A DNA stretch of 64,000 nt from IMG/VR virus record IMGVR_UViG_3300002334_000208. One strand, given 5' to 3'. How positions within the stretch are numbered: the stretch's first letter is position 1; every line of letters starts with the position of its first letter. Below, piece by piece: positions 56,520-64,000 of the stretch. Position numbers and translations under genes: made by a program. The notes beneath the pieces were generated by a model. The model searched no databases, was not told the origin of the DNA, and worked only from the letters and a program-made list of their open reading frames with translations. This stretch comes from a virus (taxonomy: Duplodnaviria > Heunggongvirae > Uroviricota > Caudoviricetes).

Positions 56520-56711
56520 TTAAGTTCCAATCGTAATTACTATTAGTGCTGGCGGTACAAATATCTTTTTAACCACTTCAACATATGCCTGAGAGACGCG
56601 AACCGAGCCACGTTTATTCTGAACGACCTCTGCATACACTTGAGAGACGCGAGCTTCCCCATGCTCGCTTTGAACGACTTCTGCATATACCTGCGATACA
56701 CGAGCTGCCAT
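56520..56711 (-). CDS. repetitive 63-aa peptide (RVSQVYAEVVQ x3), in-frame with downstream fibre gene across one TAA
   Basis: 51-nt tandem repeats 56535-56700; ORF frame identical to 55485-56519. Confidence 0.35.
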   Translation of the reverse strand: MAARVSQVYAEVVQSEHGEARVSQVYAEVVQNKRGSVRVSQAYVEVVKKIFVPPALIVITIGT

Positions 56712-58303
56712 TAGTTGCTCCTAAGCAGAGTGAAGGTCCATGATAAATCAACCAGTCCATTGAGATTTGAGGGAGAGTGAAGAGACAGCCGATCCCCAGC
56801 AGAAAAAGTGGTTTCACTAACACCAACAAAAGTAGCTATAGCTGTTCCATTTAAGAAACGCATAGTACCAATAGACACTTCGTTTTTTTGAATATCAAAA
56901 TCAGTTTCAGCCGAACAATTGGCTGATGAATAAGCAACGGAATCTCCAGCATCCGTTGCCAATAATGCAGTACGAGGTAATAGAAATTGCATCAGTTCAG
57001 AAGATAATGTTGCCACGCCTCCAATGAAAGCACCAACATCATATGGTAAATTAAAACCCTCAGACCAAGCAGTTTGTTTTCCGACAATGCCGACCATGTA
57101 GGAATTGCCCCCCGGCGTAGTGTAGGTGTTGCCATTTGCCACAGCTACATTCATGCTCACTGCTGTATATTCATTCGCCATTGGAAGGCCATTATAAATT
57201 CCATTCCCGGCTACATAGACACCATTTGATGCATTTACTGCAATATCAGTGCGCACAATCAGAACTAAATATTCAGTGCCAGCAGATAGCGTTAGATTTG
57301 AAGCAAATATCATTTCCTGCATTTTAGCAGTTGTTGTTGCTGTTTCTGTGAACACGGCAGTCTCGCCAATAATCGTATCAATGTCACCACCGGTGATAGT
57401 TGCGATCACTCCTTTATACGTCCCAGTATTCACAGTGTCTATCACACCAAATACGCCAGACACTTCAATGTCTTTGTACGGCTTGAGTATCAATCCTTTT
57501 GCTGCAGCAGCCACGGCTGACGTTGCACCAATTTCAGGGAAGATAGCATTGATGTAGACATTTGATTCCTCAACAGCCCCTCCAGAAAGACTTGAGAAGA
57601 CGAGATCAGTTGTATCAATCACGATTGGTCCGACAGTTATCAGTACAAAGACTTTACCAGCATTCACACTACCGGTGTTCACTACCACAGAAATACCGGG
57701 GACAACATCAACATCTTCATCAAAGTCTGCTGATCTAGCTGGTGTTCCAGATGCTGCCACAACACGTATACCATTTTCAGACGCATCGGCTTGGTTTTGT
57801 AGAAGAATGCGATCTCCCGTTGCCAGCACAACAGAATCTAAAGTATCACCATTTTCAAAATCATCTGCCAAAACACCTGCAGATGTTGATGCTGCCACCA
57901 CAGGCTCTTTCCAATATGCGATATTATTGTCGGTGTTGTTTGTCACCACTGATAGATCATTGACTGTACCATTGGTGTAGAACAATGTAACTTGCCCCGG
58001 CACCATCACCTGTGTGGCGCTCCCCATTGTTACAGTCAGTGTTGCTGTTCCATTCTCATTAGAGACGAAAAAGAATCTAGCAGACGCAAACAAAGTGAGT
58101 ATTCTTGGCACAGTTAAGTTAGCAGCAGTATACGCTACATTGCGCGTCATTTGCGTTTGTGTTAAAGTTATGTCTGTAGAAGAAAAATCCAAACTAAGTA
58201 CTTCGGTAAATGCGGCGTCGAGTTGCCCAACCATTGTATTAATGGTAGTTTCTTTATTTTCCTGATTCTCCAGAACCTGATCAATGTTTAAATTATTTGA
58301 CAT
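56711..58303 (-). CDS. tail fibre protein (530 aa)
   Basis: Thr/Val/Asn/Gly-rich beta-type sequence. Confidence 0.5.
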   Translation of the reverse strand: MSNNLNIDQVLENQENKETTINTMVGQLDAAFTEVLSLDFSSTDITLTQTQMTRNVAYTAANLTVPRILTLFASARFFFVSNENGTATLTVTMGSATQVMVPGQVTLFYTNGTVNDLSVVTNNTDNNIAYWKEPVVAASTSAGVLADDFENGDTLDSVVLATGDRILLQNQADASENGIRVVAASGTPARSADFDEDVDVVPGISVVVNTGSVNAGKVFVLITVGPIVIDTTDLVFSSLSGGAVEESNVYINAIFPEIGATSAVAAAAKGLILKPYKDIEVSGVFGVIDTVNTGTYKGVIATITGGDIDTIIGETAVFTETATTTAKMQEMIFASNLTLSAGTEYLVLIVRTDIAVNASNGVYVAGNGIYNGLPMANEYTAVSMNVAVANGNTYTTPGGNSYMVGIVGKQTAWSEGFNLPYDVGAFIGGVATLSSELMQFLLPRTALLATDAGDSVAYSSANCSAETDFDIQKNEVSIGTMRFLNGTAIATFVGVSETTFSAGDRLSLHSPSNLNGLVDLSWTFTLLRSN

Positions 58304-58321
58304 ATATCTATTCTTCTTTTT

Positions 58322-61300
58322 TTACAGAACATCGATTGCATATTCTTGGGTGAAGCCTCTGCCAACTTGAGCGCTGATTTGATACACTTTAACCGAAATT
58401 GTTGTGGGAATTGCACCAAAATCGGTGATAATGTCCGCATTTTGATAAGTATACTCTGGCGTGGGCAAACTTGCAACAGTTCTTTTCACTGCGCCTCCAG
58501 ACGATTCGAGTATTTCAATCTCGAATTCTAGAGTATCTTCACTCAGCAAAATGTCAGATGCACCATCGACAAGATCAGAACCGAATCTGTCACGACGACT
58601 CCATGCGAAATCTATATCAGAACCATCTAGCGTAGCAGTAATACCACCCGGAGCATAGGGCATATGGGTTCTGTGTTGACTTGTGATCGACACTTTTTTT
58701 CCATCTTTTAAGACCTGTTTATAACCGATTGCTCGATAAGCAATTTCTTGATTAATGCCTATGTCCAAACTCTTCAAAACAGCAGCATCCACACCACTAT
58801 TTTTTAGAAGAATGAAGCGCTCTCCTATGGTGTGGTTAAATGCCATCGTGTCGGTACCTCTTCGCCCTCTCAAGAAGTATTTTAAATCATACGTTTTGTC
58901 TCCGACAGATTCAGCAAAACGGAAGTGGATCAATTCAACTTCTCCATTTGTTTTTAATAGCAAAGCTCTATTTCCACCGTTCATCATCTCTATATCAGAA
59001 ATTGTTTGCATCTGCTCACCGCCCACATCCATTACAACTGTGAGTGCCGAAAATGCATCTGTTTGGTGGACAGCATTTATCGGAGGATCAGGCATGGCAT
59101 TTACTGTTGTGCCGTAGGAAGCGCCAACAATTTGCTTTGTAACAATATCTGGTGCTGAACTTAGTACCACAGTATTACTGGCATCTGGTATGACAATAGC
59201 TGAACTAAACGTTCCATCTCGATAGCCACTTACGAATGAGTGAAGCTTTGAATGGTTCGGATCGATTGTCACGTTGTCTGTTAGGAATGGAACATCAACG
59301 ATGAAAGCAGTGATGTTGTAAGACGTGATAATTTTCTGTGATTTTGTACCAGTGCCACTATAGGCTGTGGCAGTCGAAGTATATTGATTCGCAACTTCGC
59401 TTACGCCTAGAACCTGCATAGACAAATTCAAACCAACATCTAAATCTGTAATACGCTGACGGATCGCTGTGCCATCATTCAGAGTCACATCAACGACATC
59501 AGATGGATCAAGAGCAATATATTTCCAAGGCCAATTGAAGCCATAATTAGAGCGTTCAATCCATTCAGAATATAGCATTTTTTCAGACTGCTGTTTCGCC
59601 ACATCAGGATCGAGAGATGCCTCAATTTCAAAGCTCACTTCTTGATTAGAGCTCATAGTCAGGTTCGGTGCCAATGTTCTTTTTGAGGCATGGCTTTGCA
59701 GTCTGTAATCCAGCTCTCCATTGTAATAAATTACAGTCAAACGATTGGGTAATTCAACTTCCTGTATGCGCTCTTCTGTGACAACATCACCGGTTTTTGT
59801 ATCATAGATGCCCATGTCTTCTTCGGTAAGTGATATCACAGGGTCTTGCCCTCTGAAAACATATTTCAGTTTGTGGTCACTCTCGAATCCATCAAATTGA
59901 TATAGCTGCGCAAGAGGTTCAATTGCCTCACGGCTGGACATAGGCTCACCAACCAAATATCCAGGTACAGTGATGCTGCTGAGATCGGTGGCATCAATGT
60001 CGGCTAAATCGATATCAGCTCGTGTACTCAAATCTGTGACGATATTTTGTAGCGTTGAACCCACACCGTCATTACGTCCAAAGAAATATCTTACGAATGG
60101 TTTTCCGGGTAAAAATCCTACAAAGCTCTGTGTTTTAGAATCATAAGAACCAGTCCCCTGAACTCCACCAAATTCCCAATCAGGAGCGTCATGATTATGA
60201 ATTAAAGAACCATCAAGAGTATTGATCTGCACACCATTTTTATCAGCAATCCAACCAAACGTATAATCGGTTGATCTGCTATAAGACCAATGATCTTCTG
60301 TCGTAAAGCCATTCCCACTTGCGGCAATATTTTCTGTTTGCCACAATTTTGTTTCAGACACTGGATCATATTTTATAACACGTTGATCCCCAATTGACGT
60401 GTTCGCTCCAAAGAAAAGTAGAGTATCATCATACTCATTATAAATTGGACCAATAATTTTTGCAAGAGAACCGGCAGGTACAATATCAGCAGCTGTTATT
60501 TGTTGATGTAATGTTATGCTTATGCCACTGTAAGTGTCTGGATCAGCATCTTGACTTTCTATCCATTTTGCATTTTGGTTTATTGTTATTTTATAGATTG
60601 AAATGATACCACCGGTTACGGCTGCTGCCCAAGCCTCACAAAAGCCTTTTGCAGATTTGCCTTTGCAAATACCAATAATATCTCCATGGCTATCTGTAAT
60701 ATTCAATGGTTGTTCGGAAGTTGAATAAAGAAATTCCATATCGGGCACACTTAATACACCAATATTTCCTGCCTGCACACTCCCACATACAGCAAAATGA
60801 TATGTTTCACTGTCATCGTAGCAGCTTGGAAACGCCATCTTTGTGACCTGTCGCCAGAAAAACGGTGTCATAGCAGTTTCTGTACTGAATCCTCCAAAAC
60901 GTTTTTTCTCATACAATCCATCTGGATCAACAAGAACAACTGGTGAAGCGTTACCTCCTGTTAATGTTACAAGTAAGTCACCATTTGATGCTATTCCCAT
61001 TCCTCCGTATGTAGATATAGTCGCAGGAGGATCAAAAATTTCCGACAACGCTCTGCTACGATCCTGATTGCCATTGTTCATATTCACTCTTGCTATAGCC
61101 TCATCAAACTCAACATAATAGCAATAGCCTCTATCCCAATCAACACCAAACCAATGATCGTCATAATCATGCACATCGTTGTACAATGCTGTACCCACAG
61201 TTTGTATTCTCTGAGTGGACTCTCCTGCAACAACCTCGAACTCCATGCTCGGCACGCTATTACCGAATTCGGCAAGAGGCATGCTCTGAAAGACCACATA

Positions 61301-61963
61301 GGCAAGTCCCCGGAACGCCGGTGTGCTTCCTACGCCTTGATCTCTTTCGATTGTTGGATCGGGCAGCTGATCTTCGGTACCATTGTAGAGCTTGAAAAGA
61401 AGACCGGGTATCGACACATCTGTGTTCTCTCCAGTTTTATCGTAGATCAGTTTTGTATCAGCCCAGATACGAATCACATCATTGACTATGCCCTCGGCAA
61501 TACCAATCGCGAACGTGCCAAAATAGCTGTAATCAGTCGTGTTTGTGTAATCGCCATTCGATGTCGGTTCACTGCTGGTCAGTGTTGATCTCTCATAAAT
61601 TCCGCCAGCCCAAATGTTGTTCCCTCCAACGCGCATTGTTCCGTATACGATAGGGATTGGTACGCCGTAAGCAGAACCATTTACATTGATGTCGCTTATG
61701 CGCGGACCTTCGGCATCCGTCACAGAGCCCTTTTTTAGGGTCTGCACATCTTGCGGTACTGACAGAATTTTGTACGGAGCACCGGCATATGGTCCAAGAA
61801 TCAGAGCAAGATTATTCTGCAGGTAAATATAATTTGGATCGGTTTGATCTGAATGAGGCCCGTAAGATGGAATCACTGATGGCCCGGGGAAATAGATCGG
61901 GTTACCTCCCGGTCTTCCTCGGATGTAAACTGGTTTAGCGAATGTAATTGAACCTGATGGCAT
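58322..61963 (-). CDS. host-specificity / central tail fibre protein (lambda J / GTA g15-like, 1213 aa)
   Basis: size, position after distal-tail genes and before fibres. Confidence 0.5.
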   Translation of the reverse strand: MPSGSITFAKPVYIRGRPGGNPIYFPGPSVIPSYGPHSDQTDPNYIYLQNNLALILGPYAGAPYKILSVPQDVQTLKKGSVTDAEGPRISDINVNGSAYGVPIPIVYGTMRVGGNNIWAGGIYERSTLTSSEPTSNGDYTNTTDYSYFGTFAIGIAEGIVNDVIRIWADTKLIYDKTGENTDVSIPGLLFKLYNGTEDQLPDPTIERDQGVGSTPAFRGLAYVVFQSMPLAEFGNSVPSMEFEVVAGESTQRIQTVGTALYNDVHDYDDHWFGVDWDRGYCYYVEFDEAIARVNMNNGNQDRSRALSEIFDPPATISTYGGMGIASNGDLLVTLTGGNASPVVLVDPDGLYEKKRFGGFSTETAMTPFFWRQVTKMAFPSCYDDSETYHFAVCGSVQAGNIGVLSVPDMEFLYSTSEQPLNITDSHGDIIGICKGKSAKGFCEAWAAAVTGGIISIYKITINQNAKWIESQDADPDTYSGISITLHQQITAADIVPAGSLAKIIGPIYNEYDDTLLFFGANTSIGDQRVIKYDPVSETKLWQTENIAASGNGFTTEDHWSYSRSTDYTFGWIADKNGVQINTLDGSLIHNHDAPDWEFGGVQGTGSYDSKTQSFVGFLPGKPFVRYFFGRNDGVGSTLQNIVTDLSTRADIDLADIDATDLSSITVPGYLVGEPMSSREAIEPLAQLYQFDGFESDHKLKYVFRGQDPVISLTEEDMGIYDTKTGDVVTEERIQEVELPNRLTVIYYNGELDYRLQSHASKRTLAPNLTMSSNQEVSFEIEASLDPDVAKQQSEKMLYSEWIERSNYGFNWPWKYIALDPSDVVDVTLNDGTAIRQRITDLDVGLNLSMQVLGVSEVANQYTSTATAYSGTGTKSQKIITSYNITAFIVDVPFLTDNVTIDPNHSKLHSFVSGYRDGTFSSAIVIPDASNTVVLSSAPDIVTKQIVGASYGTTVNAMPDPPINAVHQTDAFSALTVVMDVGGEQMQTISDIEMMNGGNRALLLKTNGEVELIHFRFAESVGDKTYDLKYFLRGRRGTDTMAFNHTIGERFILLKNSGVDAAVLKSLDIGINQEIAYRAIGYKQVLKDGKKVSITSQHRTHMPYAPGGITATLDGSDIDFAWSRRDRFGSDLVDGASDILLSEDTLEFEIEILESSGGAVKRTVASLPTPEYTYQNADIITDFGAIPTTISVKVYQISAQVGRGFTQEYAIDVL

Positions 61964-61966
61964 GGC

Positions 61967-63601
61967 TTACTCCTGTCCACCTGTGCTGTTTTGAACAGCA
62001 ATGTCCACACTATCATCACCTGGGATGAATGGCTTTCCACGGAAATTCACAGCGTTCGCAAACCGGGAAATGCATAGAGGGAACGATTTATCGCAGCCGG
62101 GATATAGACGCACCAGTGTGCCCGGCGAAATTTTAAATGGAAACGGCACAAATAGTGATAGGTCACCAGTCGCAGCAATCCACGAACGTATCTCTCGCGC
62201 TTGTCCTTGGTTGATCCCAGATTCAATAAATATGGCTCCCCCATTGAACCAGCCATCCGTGGCGCGCGCGTCTGTTACGCTGATACCAATGTTGGCATTG
62301 TCCACATATTCGCTCACAGCACCAGCCCTATTCCAAGCCTCGCGTGCTGTCATAACTGCTGTCCCATCGGTTGTTTCAGCATCAATCACTGTGTCGTATG
62401 TTGGTTCACTTGCATCTGTCACACCAGCAGTTGTCACTTCGTAAATTACATCTTCATAAACAGCATGATGTGTATTTGTTGTCGCGATTTCTGTAACAGA
62501 AAATACAATCTCATCGAAGCAGGCATCGGCAATTCCACCAGATATTTTATTTGCTGTAAGTGTTGTTTTGATGAATCGCGTGTTTACTGGAACAGCAAAT
62601 GCAACCACACTTCGTTCTTCCCATGTGTCCAATGTAACAATTTCTTCTGTCGTGCTATCATACAGCGTACTTATCACTGCAGCAGCTGCATCAAGAAATT
62701 GCACGAGCACTCTGCCGGTATCATCCGCATTCGTATTCGCTCGGCGAATAGAGAAGCTAGATTCACATCCAGATGCATCAATAACGGCTTCGGAAACGCC
62801 GATGTCAAGAAGAGCAATAGTTTGAGATAGAACATTCAGATCGGCACTACCCCCACGGAGAAAATTAGCACCAGCATACGGAGATAACCCTTCGGTCGCT
62901 CCAACTTCAACTCGCCAAGTTCCAGCATCCACAGTCCAAGCAAATGGCACTATGTCGGCACCAGTTGCTCCAGTGTCGAATGATCTGTTTGTCAGTAAGT
63001 TTGGAAAAGATACGCCGGTTGTTGATCCAGTTGCCACAAGATAAAAATCCCCTAATTCCACAGAAGCTGAGCGCTGCACAAGTGGTACTAAAATTGGTAT
63101 ACCACATTTTGACGATCCAAGATCGGTACTACATTCGGCACTATATAGTTCCAGCACTTCCTGGCTTAAATTCTGTGTGAGGCCACGCAGTTCGACGGTG
63201 TATCCACCTTTAGATGAAAACGTGGCTTCACCCAATTTACCTTTGCGCATTTTGATCGCGCCATCAGAAAGAGAATCCCAGTTGACAATACTGACCTTGA
63301 TCGTCGCATAATCAAACAACCCTCCACGCAGATCGTCTTTGCTAATCACATTGGCATCGAACAATCCACTGACCACAATATTGTCAACAGATAGCCCTGT
63401 GTTGCTGGCAATTGCCGAGCGATTAAATCCAGTAGTGGCAGTATAAGTTTCGACGCTATCACCATCATCAAATAGGAGATTGACATCGTGATCAGTCAGA
63501 TGAAAAACCTCACCATCACGGCGCGTCATTTTCCAAATAGTAGCCAACGTTGTGACGGTACCATCGAGATGGGTCTGTAGTGCTGCACTGAGTGTTTTCA
63601 C
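61967..63601 (-). CDS. distal tail/tail-tip protein (possibly DUF2163/BR0599-family, GTA g13-like)
   Basis: 544 aa; C-terminal PGCDKSFPLCISRFANAVNFRGKPFIPG resembles the conserved C-terminus of this tail family (from memory; low certainty). Confidence 0.35.
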   Translation of the reverse strand: MKTLSAALQTHLDGTVTTLATIWKMTRRDGEVFHLTDHDVNLLFDDGDSVETYTATTGFNRSAIASNTGLSVDNIVVSGLFDANVISKDDLRGGLFDYATIKVSIVNWDSLSDGAIKMRKGKLGEATFSSKGGYTVELRGLTQNLSQEVLELYSAECSTDLGSSKCGIPILVPLVQRSASVELGDFYLVATGSTTGVSFPNLLTNRSFDTGATGADIVPFAWTVDAGTWRVEVGATEGLSPYAGANFLRGGSADLNVLSQTIALLDIGVSEAVIDASGCESSFSIRRANTNADDTGRVLVQFLDAAAAVISTLYDSTTEEIVTLDTWEERSVVAFAVPVNTRFIKTTLTANKISGGIADACFDEIVFSVTEIATTNTHHAVYEDVIYEVTTAGVTDASEPTYDTVIDAETTDGTAVMTAREAWNRAGAVSEYVDNANIGISVTDARATDGWFNGGAIFIESGINQGQAREIRSWIAATGDLSLFVPFPFKISPGTLVRLYPGCDKSFPLCISRFANAVNFRGKPFIPGDDSVDIAVQNSTGGQE

Positions 63602-63982
63602 TTAGGTATCTCTAACTTCGATTATCGGCAAGTTAGGGATTGATCCAGCGTTGAATACTGCTAATGTAATACCAAATTGATCCGTATCAAAGCGGCATAC
63701 AGCGTCAAATTCCAGTGTCACTGATACGTCAGTGCCGGTAGTTGCCGCATGGGTTGAACCAATCGTGACTTCGCCTGTGGTTGTATCTATGGCAACTTGT
63801 GTTGAAGATGGCGCTGTATTGTACACCACCGTTTGCTCAACACCGTTAACCTTAGCGACAACTGTACCATTGACAGGCTTTGAGATCAACCTATTAAATG
63901 ATATCCCACCATCGGTATATGTTCTAAAAAGAGCAAAAGTTGACGTAGAAGTGTCTGTTTGCCCTAAAACTTGATCTGTCAT
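63602..63982 (-). CDS. tail protein (126 aa; the true start may lie upstream of 63982, possibly beyond the window edge)
   Basis: same strand and block; in-frame with downstream gene across one stop codon. Confidence 0.35.
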   Translation of the reverse strand: MTDQVLGQTDTSTSTFALFRTYTDGGISFNRLISKPVNGTVVAKVNGVEQTVVYNTAPSSTQVAIDTTTGEVTIGSTHAATTGTDVSVTLEFDAVCRFDTDQFGITLAVFNAGSIPNLPIIEVRDT

Positions 63983-64000
63983 CTCATAATCGGACCAGTC

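Noticed and set aside
57136-58265. Plus-strand ORFs inside the tail fibre gene
   Set aside because: Antisense to the fibre coding strand, compositionally biased. Spurious
55485-63982. Diversity-generating retroelement targeting tail fibres
   Set aside because: No reverse transcriptase ORF and no template/variable repeat pair detected near the fibre genes

Overview
The window reads as part of a tailed dsDNA bacteriophage genome, with modules switching strand at five points. Minus strand, 1 to 6.9 kb: small early genes, a gene-free repeat/iteron region, then terminase large and small subunits and a RuvC-like resolvase. Plus strand, 7.5 to 29.4 kb: many small unknown genes plus a TOPRIM/Zn-ribbon protein, a HAD phosphatase, an SPFH lipoprotein with a membrane partner, an NAD+ salvage pair (NMN adenylyltransferase-Nudix and nicotinamide phosphoribosyltransferase), a MazG-like protein, a DEDD exonuclease, and RtcB RNA ligase with two flanking genes. 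Minus strand, 29.5 to 34.7 kb: a tRNA-like gene, a GGQ release-factor-domain peptidyl-tRNA hydrolase-like protein, a lipoprotein alpha/beta hydrolase, a thioredoxin-like protein with an AGPC site, and a large PrimPol-D5-SF3 primase/helicase. Plus strand, 35.1 to 49.8 kb: a short tyrosine recombinase, SNF2 helicase, HD hydrolase, DNA methyltransferase, metallophosphoesterase, family A DNA polymerase, DnaQ-like exonuclease, PD-(D/E)XK nuclease, an acidic RGG protein, a Dda-like helicase, a dNMP kinase and ThyX. Minus strand, 49.8 to 64 kb: class I ribonucleotide reductase alpha and beta, a glutaredoxin-like::dUTPase fusion, a lysis cassette (amidase endolysin, holin, overlapping spanins), and tail fibres with a J-like host-specificity protein and upstream distal-tail genes. 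The most unusual region is 27.0 to 30.4 kb, where RtcB sits next to a minimal GGQ-domain protein and a tRNA-like gene; this looks like a phage-borne RNA/ribosome repair or rescue module. Every call rests on motif reading of the six-frame translations and sequence inspection; no database searches were run. Several CDS starts below are shifted from the ORF-track coordinates to an internal Met.
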